Part shown: in pieces, positions 12,464 through 24,639 of the stretch
Numbering within the stretch: the first letter of the stretch is position 1
How the letters are laid out: each line of letters begins with the position of its first letter
Assembly: GCA_951406725.2 (NCBI GenBank)
Contig: OX597831.1
Coordinates: 5,270,001-5,334,000, forward strand
From: Octopus vulgaris
Lineage: Eukaryota
DNA length: 64,000 nt
Direction of reading: 5' to 3'
Program-made: the position numbers and the translations under genes
The notes under the pieces: model-generated
Told to the model about the DNA's origin: nothing
What the model saw: only the letters and a program-made list of their open reading frames with translations
Database searches by the model: none

Positions 12464-12578
12464 GCAAAGTCACTTTGATCCGCGAAAGAGAGGTGCAGCC
12501 AATGGTAAGTATCCAAGAGGTAAAGAAAATCGAAGGTAGAGGTAAGTGTTGATAGTGGTATTGGTAGAATATAGGATG

Positions 12579-12737
12579 TCTGTGTTTTTTTCTCTCTGTG
12601 TATCTTTCTGTTGAAGAGCGTAGGCTCGAAACGTTAAAGACTTGTTTTATTTATATTTCCTGAGCGCCATACTAATACAATTGTTCGTTTGTTTTCCACC
12701 TGCCTTCGTCTTTTGTCTATTTTCATAAAGCTTCCCG

Positions 12738-12738
<1 letters not shown>
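12579..12738 (+). mobile_element. Short hammerhead-bearing element ending at (TA)n; probable Penelope-like 3' terminal repeat
   Basis: Close homolog at 59904-60139 with the same 3' end GCTTCCCGT-(TA)n. Confidence 0.7.
12603..12640 (+). ncRNA. Minimal type I hammerhead-like motif (core CUGUUGA)
   Basis: TCTTT-CTGTTGA-A-GAGC gtag GCTC-GAAA-CGTT-AAAGA: stem I, stem II, palindromic AACGTT stem III. Confidence 0.65.
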
Positions 12739-12790
<52 letters not shown>

Positions 12791-12794
<4 letters not shown>

Positions 12795-13112
12795 CGTGAT
12801 CGACCAGGCTATCAGATGTTGCTACACATCGGTGGTCACAGTGCGCTTCGCTTTGTTTTAGCCTTCGAATGACGCCACCCCGCTGGCTAAGTGAGCAGCC
12901 CAATAGAAAGAAAGAGTGTGGCGAAAGAGTACAGCAGGGATCGCCACCATCCACTACCGGAACCTCATGGAGCTTTAGGTGTTTTCGCTAAAAAAAAAAA
13001 CACACGCAATGGCCCAGTGGATAGGACAGCGGGCTCCCGGTCTGGGAATCGAAACAGTGATCCTACGACCGCGAGTCCGCTGCCCTATCCACTGGGCCAT
13101 TGCGCCTGCGCA
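12791..13112 (-). mobile_element. OR-type SINE (tail 2) with internal inverted duplication of its head
   Basis: Homolog of 20027-20350; 38-bp inverted repeat at 13005-13104. Confidence 0.85.
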
Positions 13113-13190
13113 CACATATTAACGTTTGTTTTGAAAACAATTCAACGTTAAACTGAAAGGAGACCCGAAACTTTTTATTACAGCACATTT

Positions 13191-13593
13191 TACTCATTTA
13201 CTTGTTTCAGTTATTTGACTGTGGCCATGCTGGAGCACCGCCTTTAGTCGAGCAAATCGACCCCAGGACTTATTCTTTGTAAGCCCAGTACCTATTCTAT
13301 CGGTCTCTTTTGCCGAACCGCTAAGTTGCGGGGACGTAAACACACCAGCATCGGTTGTCAAGCGATGCGGCGGGGGGGGGACAAACACAACACATAAACA
13401 TACACACATATATATATATATACATATATACGACGGGCTTCTTTCAGTTTCCGTCTACCAAATCCACTCACAAGGCTTTGGTCGGCCTGAGGCTATAGTA
13501 GAAGACATTTGCCCAAGGTGCCACGCAGTGGGAATGAACCCGGAACCATGTGGTTGGTAAGCAAGCTACATACCACATAGCCACTCCTGCGCC
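13191..13593 (-). mobile_element. Family A CORE-like SINE
   Basis: Full head-to-tail homology. Confidence 0.88.
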
Positions 13594-13611
13594 TATACCT
13601 ATAAACTTTTA

Positions 13612-13712
13612 CAAGGAAAAGGCTAACAGTCACTTTGAAGTTTCGGCTTACTCGCCTTTAATTATGTGGTGACCAACTCGGAACTTCGAAGTCACTGTCT
13701 GCATTTTCCTTG
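13612..13712. mobile_element. 100-bp MITE-like fold-back
   Basis: CAAGGAAAAGGCTAACAGTCACTTTGAAGTTTCG vs CGGAACTTCGAAGTCACTGTCTGCATTTTCCTTG (28/34). Confidence 0.5.
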
Positions 13713-13789
13713 AAAAAAGTTAACCAAATGCGTTTGTGTATTTGTGTGTGTAATTATGTCTTTGTATATTTATTTACGGTTATGTGTAG

Positions 13790-13803
13790 ATGTGTGTGTG
13801 TGC

Positions 13804-13848
<45 letters not shown>

Positions 13849-13855
13849 TGTGTGT

Positions 13856-13909
<54 letters not shown>

Positions 13910-14207
13910 CTGTGTGTGTGTGTCTGTGTGTGTGTGTGTGTCTGTGTGTGTGTCTGTGTGTGTGTATGTCTGTGTGTGTGTGTGTGTGTGTGTCTGTGTG
14001 TGTGTGTGTGTCTGTGTGTGTGTGTGTGTGTCTATGTGTATGTCTGTGTGTGTGTGTGTGTGTCTGTGTCTGTGTGTGTGTGTGTGTGTGTCTGTGTGTG
14101 TGTGTGTCTATGTGTGTGTGTGTGTGTAATTATATCTTTGTATATTTATTTACGGTTACGTGTAGATATATGTGTGCCTCTCTGTGCGTGCGTGCGCGTG
14201 TGTGTGT

Positions 14208-14246
<39 letters not shown>

Positions 14247-14394
14247 TAGGTGATGACGATGTAATGATGTTTGTTAGGACAAAGCTACAAAGGATGCTAA
14301 TCTGCCTGCTGCGAAATATATTTGGTTTAAAGTGTGAAAGATTAAAAGGAGATTATCGTTGAAGTAAGATAATAAATAGTAACACAACTTGGTA

Positions 14395-14431
<37 letters not shown>

Positions 14432-14480
14432 ATGTGTGTGTATTTACGGCTCTGTGTGTGTGCATCCGCGTGTCTATGTG

Positions 14481-14527
<47 letters not shown>

Positions 14528-14581
14528 ATGTGTGTGTATTTACGGCTCTGTGTGTGTGCATCCGCGTGTCTATGTGTCTAT

Positions 14582-14619
<38 letters not shown>

Positions 14620-14790
14620 ATGTGTGTGTATTTACGGCTCTGTGTGTGTGCATCCGCGTGTCTGTGTGTTTGTGTGTATGTCTGTGTGTGTGCGCATCTG
14701 TATATATATATGTATGTCTGTATATGCGTTCTGTGCCTGTGTGTAAGAATATATTATGTAAGTATGTGTGTGTGTGTGTGTCATATATAT
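13790..14790. repeat. Long (TG)n tracts with a ~100-115-bp triplicated unit at 14400-14680
   Basis: GCATGTGTGTGTATTTACGGCTCTGTGTGTGTGCATCCGCGTGTC x3. Confidence 0.9.
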
Positions 14791-14954
14791 ATATATGACT
14801 GGTTTATGTGCTTGAGTGTCTGTATGCATTTATCTTTGTAGTTGCAAGATTAATGTACATTCCTAAAACCTTTACGTGTTAAGTCATGCATAAATCCTAG
14901 GTTAGTTAAAAGGACGAGGAGTAGTCCTATAGTGGGGGTGGGGGATCGAATAAA

Positions 14955-15008
14955 AAAACCACTAAAATCTTGGGTTCTGTTCTATAATGTGGGTACCACT
15001 AAAAGCTT

Positions 15009-15052
<44 letters not shown>

Positions 15053-15104
15053 CTTTGTCTCTGTTCTCTAAAGAGGGTACCACTGAAAACTTGGTCCTTC
15101 TCTC

Positions 15105-15156
<52 letters not shown>

Positions 15157-15819
15157 TATTTCTCCCCTCTGTTCTAAAGTGGGGTGTGCCGCTAAAACTT
15201 CGGTTTCACCCACTTCAGGGAGTACCACTAAAAGCTACCTCTCTCTCTCTCTCTCTCTCTCCTTTGTCTCTGTTCTCTAAAGAGGGTACCACTGAAAACT
15301 TGGTCCCTCTCTCTCTCTATTTCTCCTTTGTCTCTGTTCTCTAAAGAGGGTACTACTGAAAACTTGGTCCCTCTCTCTCTCTATTTCTCCTTTGTCTCTG
15401 TTCTCTAAAGAGGGTACCACTGAAAACTTGGTCCCTCTCTCTCTCTATTTCTCCTTTGTCTCTGTTCTCTAAAGAGGGTACTACTGAAAACTTGGTCCCT
15501 CTCTCTTACTCTCTCTCTCTCTCTTCCTCTCTCTACCCCTCTGTTCTAATGTGGGGTGTACCGCTAAAACTTCGGTTTCACCCACTTCAGGGAGTACCAC
15601 TAAAAACTTACCTTCTCTGTTCTGTAATTTTGGGTACCACAAAAATCTTAGCCTCTCTACTCTAAATTGATGGTACCATTAAAAATCTGCTTTCTCTGTT
15701 CTGTAATGGGAGTGCAACCGTATCCTCTCGCTCGCTCTCTCTCTCCCTCCCTTAATCTCTCTGTCTCTCTCTTTCTATCTTTCTCTCTCTCTCTTTCTAT
15801 CTTTCTCTCTCTCTCTTTC

Positions 15820-15880
<61 letters not shown>

Positions 15881-16325
15881 TCTAAATTGTAGTGTACCTC
15901 TAAAACTTTACAGTTCTATATTTAAGAAGCAGCAAATATGCTAGGACATAACAACCTCCTAAGCAGACCGAGTGCAGATATGAACAGCATATGGGAACAG
16001 GTATTAAGGAAGGATAGGAGATTGTTAGATTTATAAACCCTAAAATTCACTCTATAATTGCCCACGGGCATATGGCGTAGTGGTTAAGAGCACGGGCTGC
16101 TAACCCCAAGATTCCAAGTTCGATAATAGTAATAATTATAAGATCGAAAAATACCTTAGGAATGCTCTAAAACTTTGGTTTCATTCACTTCTTGGAGTAT
16201 CACTAAAAACTTAATTTCTTTGTATCTCTAACAACTTGATATCTATTCTACATACGCGGCACCAGAATGGGTACCTCCAGAAATTTAATTTCTCTATCCT
16301 AAATTGGGATACCACTAACAACGTT
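14955..16325 (+). repeat. Minisatellite built on a GGGTACCACT(G/A)AAAA core and (CT)n spacers
   Basis: About 17 core copies; exact 64-bp period at 15284, 15348, 15412, 15476. Confidence 0.85.
16062..16165 (+). mobile_element. tRNA-Ser-like SINE head fragment
   Basis: TGGCGTAGTGGTTAAGAGC A-box, GGGCTGCTAACCCC anticodon-like arm, AGTTCGAT B-box; no acceptor stem. Confidence 0.55.
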
Positions 16326-16536
16326 GTCTCTCTCTTCTGTATATTTTGTCTCTCTCCGTGACTAAGTTAACTAAGGAAATGTCTAACCCCAGTTATGTAT
16401 TGGCTCAGAAACATGTGATGCAGGGGTGCAACCTGCACCGCAATGAAAACGCTTTGAACATTAACCAAAATAAACAAACGTAGAAATCCATTATTGGATT
16501 CATCTGGTTTATAATATATATATATATATATATATA

Positions 16537-17791
16537 TAAGGTCATCCCATAAGTTCTGTCCGAATTTTGAATAAATAAAATAAGTGATCAAATGTTATAT
16601 TTAATTGAAATTTAATCCTCAATGTACTTTCCCTGATTATCTGTGACTTCCTTCCATCTATTTACAAGCTTTTTAATCCCATCAGTTAAAAACTCTTTTG
16701 GTTTCAAAGCGAAAAACTCTGAAATGTCAGTTTCGACCTCCTCCTAGCTTGCGAAAGGTATGTCCCCCAAAATGATTCTGTAAACTACGAAACAAATGGT
16801 AGTCTGAAGGAGCAAGGTTAGGAAAAAAGGTGGATGAGGAATTTTTTCCCAGTCAAGCGCTTCAATCTTCTGTGATGTGATCTTTGCAGTGTGGGGTCGC
16901 GCAGTGTCCTGATGAAACACCACTCCTTTTTGATTCACTAAAGCAGGTCTTTTTTCTTCAAAGTATGGTTCAAACGCTCTAATTGCTGCATGTGATAACA
17001 ATCCAAAGTGAATTACTCCTTTGCAATCGCACCAGATAGAGAGAAAAACCTTTTTCCCATGGAGTTCCCTTCTCGGTTGTGGTTGATCTTTTTCCCTTTT
17101 ACCAAGCCACTGTTTACGACGTTTAATATTTCGATAGAAGATCCATTTTTCGTCACCAGGCACAAGTCTATCCAAAAAGGGTGAAATGAGTTCGCGAGCA
17201 TGGAGGAAAGAGCAGATGTCAACACGGGATTTGCGGTTGCTTTCGGTCAATTCACGAGGCACCCATTTCCCAAGTTTATGAACCTTTTCAAGTTGTTGAA
17301 GGTGATAATGAACAGTTGTATGGTTTGAACTAAGCTTTATTGCCAATTCTTGAACTGATAAAGCAGGATTTTCTTCAAGTAATGCCTCAGGGAGCTTATC
17401 ATCAAACTCAACTGGACATTCTGTTCGATCTTCATCTTCAAGGCTGAAATCTCCACTTCTGAATTTGGAAACCATCTTCTGCAAGTTCTTTCATTCAAGC
17501 ATTCTTTCCCATAAACTGAGTATATGTTTCTAGTCGCTTTGGCTGCAGAGTTTCCTTTTTTGTACTCATAAAGCATTATGTGTCTTAAATGCTCTTTGGA
17601 TACTTCCATGTTAGAAAGGATGTTAATCAAATAAATTTTAATTCTATTATTCTGTAAAATAATATTTAATTAGTTTAAATGTACACAAATGCATAAAAAT
17701 AATTTTTAATTCCATTAGACATTCTAAAATACTATTAAATTTCATTCAGTTTTAAAAAAGGTAAAATCAGACAGAACTTATGGGATGACCT

Positions 17792-17793
<2 letters not shown>
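16537..17793 (-). mobile_element. Near full-length mariner transposon inserted in (TA)n
   Basis: TIRs AGGTCATCCCATAAGTTCTGTC at both ends, ~1.26 kb. Confidence 0.93.
16612..17609 (-). pseudogene. Frameshifted mariner DD34D transposase
   Basis: MEVSKEHLRHIMLYEY, WVPRELT, GDEKW, HQDTARPH, and DLAPSDYHLF in a shifted frame, ending GKYIED*. Confidence 0.92.
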
Positions 17794-17873
<80 letters not shown>

Positions 17874-17880
17874 TGTGTGT

Positions 17881-18034
17881 GTTAATCCAAACAAGAAAGC
17901 ACAAAAAAACAACAACGCGAGGACGTGGAACAAATATAGTATTATTGGACGCTCAGGAAGCGGAGCTCTTCGTCGGAAACATAGGAGAAGGAAAGATCCA
18001 GAGAAGGGAAGACAGAGGAAAAAAATCGCCAACG
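17881..18034 (-). mobile_element. Short hammerhead-family element between microsatellites, GAAA half deleted
   Basis: Homolog of 30131-30334; keeps CCGACGAAGAGCTCCGCT. Confidence 0.72.
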
Positions 18035-18454
18035 ATATATATATATATATATATATACAAGCTTCTTCCAGTTTCCGTCAACCGAATCCACTCACAAGGC
18101 TTTGGTTGACCCGAGGTTATAGTAGAAGGGCCCAAATTGCTGCGCAAAAGGACAGAACCCTGACCACTACCCTGGACAATAAGTTTCTTAACCGTCCACC
18201 CATGCTTGTTAGTCGATCGAATTAGCAACAGTATATGACTGGTGCATAATGTTACCATGACATCAACGCTCCTACCACCACCATCACCACCACCACCATC
18301 GTCACCCCACATCCCCTTTAAAAACTACAATAACGACCGAGATAAATGAATTCATAATTAGAAATGTTAATTAATTTAATTAGTCAACATTATGTAAATT
18401 TCTGTTATTTCAATTGAAATTTCTTATTTATCCGGAAATATAATTCTCGCCTTT

Positions 18455-18890
18455 TTGTTGTTGCTGTGGTGGTGGTGGTGGTGGCGGTGGCGGTGGTGGC
18501 GGTGGCGGCGGCGGTGGTGGTGATAATGTTAGTGGTGGTGGTGGTGGTTTTCTCTATTCTGGGATGGTGCTGGTAGCACTGGTGATGGTGGTAGTAGTAG
18601 TGGTAGTAGTAGTAGTGGTATGGTGGTGAATCTTGTTCTGAGGTGGTGGTGGTGATAGTAGTGATTATGATAGTGGTGATGGTGGTGGTGGCAGTAGCAT
18701 TGGTGGCGGTGGTGCTGGTAATGATGGTTGTAATGGTTTTGGAGTTGGTGGAGGTGGGTTTTTTTGTTGTTGTTGTGATGGTGGTGCTTGTGGCCCTGGT
18801 GACGCTGTTGGTGGCGATGATGAAGGTAAGAGTTGTGATAAGAGGTTTCACTATCCTTGCTATCCTGGATGTTGTTGTTGCTATTGTTAT
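18455..18890. repeat. (GGT/GAT/GTT)n low-complexity tract
   Basis: Direct reading. Confidence 0.85.
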
Positions 18891-18894
18891 TGTA

Positions 18895-19260
18895 ATTTCT
18901 TTCTACTGCACAAAGCCAGCAATTTTTTAAGGAAGGCGGTAAGTCGATTACATCGACCCCGGTGCTTAACTGATATTTATATTATCGATCCCGAAAGTTT
19001 CAATGTCAAAATCGACTTTGGAGGAATTTGATCTCAGAACGCAAATCCGGAAAAAATGCTGCAAATCATTTTGTCCGGCACGATAACGATTCTTATTTCT
19101 TTATTGCTCACAAGGGACTAAACATAGAGGGGGACAAACAAGGATAGACAAAGAGATTAAGTCGATTACATCGACCCCAGTGCGTAACTGGTATTTAATT
19201 TATCGACCCCGTAAGGATGAAAAGCAAAGTCGCCCCTCGGCGTGCCTTACTGTCGCCTTA
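18895..19260 (-). mobile_element. Family B SINE nested in the head of an older B' SINE
   Basis: Inner tail AATAAAGAAATA is directly followed by AGAATCGTTATCGTGCCGG, the rest of the outer head. Confidence 0.75.
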
Positions 19261-19344
19261 CTGTTGTTGTAATTGTTCTTGCCGAGTTAGAAGTTTGTTG
19301 TCAATCAATGTACTTGGTGGTTCCCGGACTGGTTCTGTTTCGCG

Positions 19345-19557
19345 CCATCTATCTGTGTGCCTGTCTGCCTGTGTGCCTGTCTGCCTGTGTGCCTGTCCGT
19401 CTGTGAGCCTGTCCGTCTGTGTGCCTGTCCGTCTGTGTGCCTGCCTGTCCGTCTGTGTGCCTGCCTGTCCGTCTGTGCGCCTGCCTGTCCGTCTGTGTGC
19501 CTGCCTGTCCGTCTGTGTGCCTGCCTGTCCGTCTGTGTGTCTGCCTGTGTGTCTGTC
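19345..19557. repeat. 20-bp minisatellite GCCTGCCTGTCCGTCTGTGT
   Basis: Direct reading. Confidence 0.9.
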
Positions 19558-19601
19558 ATCCGACTGACTCTTCCAAGACTCCCACGGACCACCCTCTACA
19601 C

Positions 19602-20456
19602 CAGGGGTAGGAAAACCCCCGCCCGCGGGTGCAATTGCTCCCGCGAGCACATTCTAGTGCGCCCGTAAACCGACAGCCGATACACTCGTATGTACAAAGT
19701 ACAGCAAACTTTTTAATTATAACACTTTTACAATATTCATATACCTGTTTTGCGACATAGGCCGCATTTCCACTACGATTTGTAACAGTTAGCCTCGAAC
19801 AGAAATCGTTCCACTTGAATGGAAATTTTCTTTTCACTATAAAACACATATTGCTAGGTTCGTACCACCCCCTTCAGACCCAACTACATTCCAGTTAAAA
19901 TATAGAATACCGCATAAGTAATATAAACGTTCTAAATTCAGTGGCGGCGTAACTGAACATGTTACGCGTTAATTTAATGTGTTAAACTAATCTTTATTAA
20001 TGTATATTGAATTATACATAGATATATGTGGAGGCGCAATGACCTAGTGGTTAGGGCAGCGGACTCGCGGTCGTAGGATCGCGGTTTCGATTCCCAGACC
20101 GGGCGTTGTGAGTGTTTATTGAGCGAAAACACCTAAAAGCTCCACGAGGCTCCGGCGGTGATCCTGCTGTACTCTTTCACCACTGGTGATCCCTGCTGTA
20201 CTCTTTCACCACTCTCTCTTCTGTTGGCCTGCTCGCTTAGCCAGCAGGGTGGCGTCATTCGAAGGCTAAAAAACAATGCGAACGCATTGTGACCAGCGAT
20301 GTGTAACTACATCTGATGGACTGGTCGGTCACGTGATGGACGTGACGTGACATAGATATATACAAGATTTACACAGAGTTAGAACATGTGGTCCGCCTGT
20401 GGACCTTTTTTATTGGAAATTTTTGTCCGCACCACTAAAGAGTTTTCCCATCCCTG
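19602..20456. mobile_element. Non-autonomous hAT (Charlie-like) element
   Basis: TIRs CAGGGGTAGGAAAAC / GTTTTCCCATCCCTG; 8-bp TSD CTCTACAC / CTCTATAT. Confidence 0.8.
20027..20350 (+). mobile_element. OR-type SINE (tail 2) nested in the hAT element
   Basis: GTGGAGGCGCAATG..TGGTTAGGGCAGCGGACTCGCGG..GGTTTCGATTCCC. Confidence 0.85.
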
Positions 20457-21789
20457 CTCTATATCGAGCTCGTCAATGGCAGATTCAAAGGCCAACTGAA
20501 GTCGTCCCTCCTTTAAACCGGCATCAGCCCTTTCACCTGGGAAACAAAAGACGCCGACCGTTCATCTTGGCGAAGAGCAATTTATTTCGTCTGTTCCACT
20601 TTTGAGGAGAGGAGAAAAACTGAAGAATAAGAAAAAGGCAATGCAAGACCCGGCAACTCCAGCCAAGTCCACCATCCACCCTGCCATGCGATTAATGCCC
20701 GTTACTGTTCCTTTCCTGGCTTGGCCTTCTGAGTCATGTCAGGTTTAAGCATCATGGAAGCACCAGATAAACAAAACTCAGATACGAACGTGTTACCTAC
20801 GACGATATACACACACAACATTTGTAATATATTTATACAAACGTATATGCAACACACACACACACATACATACACACACACACATATATGCGTGTATATA
20901 CATGTACATATTTTGTATGTATTCACATGTATACATATACACACACACATATATATTACCATACGTTTGTATATGTTTTCACCCACCATTGCTTAAATAT
21001 CTTTTCAACATTATCGTCTGCTTTATTGAATATCCCTTCCCTTTCATTCAATTCTGTTATGCAGTTTTCTCACGCGGTTTCAAACAAAACGAGTTAGTGA
21101 TCTGTAAACTTTTATGAAGTTGACACTAAATTCAGCAAGAAGGTAGCACATTGTGCAAAGTTTATTCAATTTGGCTTTAAGTATGAGTTAGTAATTGAAT
21201 GGAGTTTAAAGGAGAATAATGTGAAGGAGATTTGTGTGACTACGTCAGAAATAATGTGATATTGTCGAATATGGAGAACAAATACAAAACAATCCTAATA
21301 TAAGCGATTTATAATGTGTCACAGGTACTGAATTATAGTCAAATTTTAAGGCTTGTTCTGTGTCAGTTGCCAGGCTCTGTCTGGTTTTATGGATTGAGGT
21401 ACCACAAGTTGGTATAAATTATATATTGTTAGAAGTGACAGAATTATAGAAACGACTTGTTTCTCTGTGTTCTTTCATTTCAACAAGAAAACAAGCCCTA
21501 CACATAAGCCAGTGTACTATGGGTAAATTTAACCCGTAGATAAATACTTTTTCAGAGGATTAACACTTAAATATAATTTTTAAAATATTGGAGACGTGTT
21601 CTAAGCTACTATAGCATGTAAGTGACGAAAATACTACAGCCACAGGCTGGTATAAATTCTACATCGAAAGTTGTTATAGAATAATAAAAATACCTTGTGT
21701 TTCCTTGTGGCTTACAACGTTAAATTCTTCCTACAAGAATTTAACATTGGTTCCGGACCGCACACAAAGAAAATACTTTAAAATTTCAT

Positions 21790-22207
21790 GCTAATGATTC
21801 TTATTTTTTTATTGCCCACAAGGGGCTAAACATAGAGGGGACAATCAAGGACAGACAAAGGGACTGAGTCGATTACATCGATCCCTGTGAGTAATTGGTA
21901 CTTAATTTATCGACCCCGAAAGGATGAAAAGCAAAGTCAACCTCGGCGGAGTTTGAACTCAGAACGCAACGGCAGACGAAATACTTCGAAGCATCTCGCC
22001 CGGCGTCCTAACGTTTCTGCCAGCTCGCCGCCTTTAAATAATCTTTTCTACTCTAGGCACAAGGCCGAAATTTTGGGGGAGGAGACCAGTCGATTAGGTC
22101 GATCCCAGTACGCAACTGGAATTTAATTTATCGACCCCGAAAGATGAAAGGCAAAGTCGACCTCGGCGGAATTTGAATTCAGAACGTAAAGACAGACGAA
22201 ATACCGT
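21790..22207 (-). mobile_element. Tandem B' and B SINEs
   Basis: Two family B cores; the B tail is followed by AGAATCATTAGCA. Confidence 0.8.
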
Positions 22208-22224
22208 AAGACAGAACGTAAAGA

Positions 22225-22345
22225 TAGACACGATAGTGGTGGGTGAAAGCAAACTGAGGGTAATGGCGGAGGGCAAGGAGCCTAGGTGTTTCAAGTGTGG
22301 CTAAAAAGGCCTCATTAGAGCTGAGTGCCCTCTTCCCCCTGCAAA
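22225..22345 (+). pseudogene. Gag-type zinc-knuckle remnant, Tx1/L1-like ORF1
   Basis: LRVMAEGKEPRCFKCG*KGLIRAECP is a C-X2-C-X4-H-X4-C knuckle with a stop and H>L. Confidence 0.6.
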
Positions 22346-22439
22346 AGTTACAATAACTATACCGATGAAAAATCACACTTTCACTCGTTGAAGCATCAAA
22401 GTCGGGGAAACCGAGGGAATGCGGCGTCGCGTGTATATG

Positions 22440-22737
22440 ACAGCTTTATTAACGTTACCATCCTGTTTTTCCACCGCTGTTCTCGCCTTCACTGATATAG
22501 GTCACCCTCTCTCTCTGTTACTACCTCAGACTCATACTTGTTGCAACCTTCTCATTTTATCATATAATTCGCGCAACGTCACTTGGTGGTAGGCACATTA
22601 TAAACTTTTATTGAAATCCAATTAGCTTATTATTGAGCTGGTTGTTAGTGTCATATGTATGCAACATTTCGTGAATATTGGTTCAGTGGTTTAGGCACTA
22701 AGTTGGAAACAGACAGAAATTGCCATTTATACATACA
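22440..22737 (-). mobile_element. Degenerate Helitron-like fragment
   Basis: Right end (..CATTTCGTGAATATTGGTTCAGTGGTTTAGG..ACAGACAG..CATTTATACATA) resembles the terminus of 60356-61347. Confidence 0.4.
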
Positions 22738-23039
22738 CACGCGCGGTGTGTATTTTTTCCTTTAATTCCTGATCCAGCATGACCGGAGCCGCGTGGCTGC
22801 GGTCATGCAGGAAAACCACCATGATTTTGCACTCTAAGGTATGATTCTTCTTTGCTTGATTTCAGTGTGGTGGGGTTTCGCACCACCACTCCTATATGCG
22901 CTTTTGCCCTGGCTGTTGGCCCTTTTGACATGTGAGGAAGTTTGATACCGCTGCTCTCATCTGTACCCCATACTGGGCCGTTAGTTTATCTGGTATTCCG
23001 GACACGAGAATGTCTGGTTCCTTTTTGAAGACGCACACA

Positions 23040-23120
23040 TTTCCTGAGCGTCCAAAAACACTATACTTGCTCCACGTCCTCGCATTGTTGTGTTTTCTCT
23101 TTGTTCATGTTTGGATTAAC
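23040..23120 (+). mobile_element. 3' end of hammerhead-family short element
   Basis: TTCCTGAGCGTCCA..CCACGTCCTCGCATTGTTG..GGATTAAC then TA/TG repeat. Confidence 0.7.
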
Positions 23121-23141
23121 TATATGTGTGTGTGTGTGTGT

Positions 23142-23440
23142 GTGGAGGCGCAGTGGCCCAGTGGTTATGGCAGCGGACTCGCAGTCGGAGGAACGTGGTT
23201 TCGATTCCCAGACCCCGCTTTGCGTGTGTTTATAGAGCGAAAACACCTAAAGCTCCGCGAGGCTCCGTAAGCGGGGTGGGGTGGCAACCCCTGTTGTACT
23301 TTTTCGCGCCAACTTTCTCTCACTTTTTCTTCCTCTTTCTTGGGTAACGCTGCGATGGACTGGTGTCCCGTCCAGCTAGGGGGAACACATACGCCACAGA
23401 AACCGGGCCCATGAGCCTTGAAAAGGGCGAGAAGAAGAAG
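23142..23440 (+). mobile_element. OR-type SINE with V-domain-like tail
   Basis: Head as at 20027; tail CTGCGATGGACTGGTGTCCCGTCCAG..CAGAAACCGGG. Confidence 0.82.
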
Positions 23441-23453
23441 ATATATATATATA

Positions 23454-23870
23454 GGCGCAGGATTGGCTGTGTAGTAAATAGCTTGTTTACCAACCACATG
23501 GTTCCGGGTTCAGTCCCACTGCGTGGCACCTTGGGAAAGTGTCTTCTACTATAGCCTCGGGCCGATCAAAGCCTTCCGAGTGTATTTGGTAGACGGAAAC
23601 TGAAAGAAGCCCATCGTATATATGTATATAAATATATATGCGTGTGTGTGTTTGTGTGTCTGTATTTGTCCCCCTAGCATTGCTTGACAACGGATGCTGG
23701 TGTGTTTATGTCCCCGTTACTTAGCGGTTCGGCAAGAGAGATCGATAGAATAAGTACTGGGCTTACAAAAGAATAAGTCCGGGGTCGAGTTGCTCGATTA
23801 AAGGCGGTGCTCCAGCATGGCTGCAGTCAAATGACTGGAACAAGTAAAAGAGTAAATGAGTAAAAGAGAG
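23454..23870 (+). mobile_element. Family A CORE-like SINE
   Basis: Full length. Confidence 0.88.
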
Positions 23871-24007
23871 AATATATATATATAGCGAAAGTCTATATAC
23901 AAAGCGAATTTTCAAAAAGATATAGTATGTCTACAAATATACAAGTGCATGTATCATGTTTGTGTGTCTGTGTGTAATATCTATCTACCTATCTGGCTAT
24001 CTAGATC

Positions 24008-24639
<632 letters not shown>

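Noticed and set aside
15260-15500. CRISPR-like regular repeats
   Set aside because: Spacers are identical rather than unique, there are no cas genes, and the context is eukaryotic; it is a minisatellite.
16062-16125. tRNA gene (also other A/B-box heads)
   Set aside because: There is no acceptor stem or full cloverleaf; these are SINE heads.
18405-18930. Mucin-like poly-T or membrane-like poly-V ORFs (also 36676-37411 and 59141-59575)
   Set aside because: They come from trinucleotide low-complexity DNA open in several frames, with no domain or splice support.
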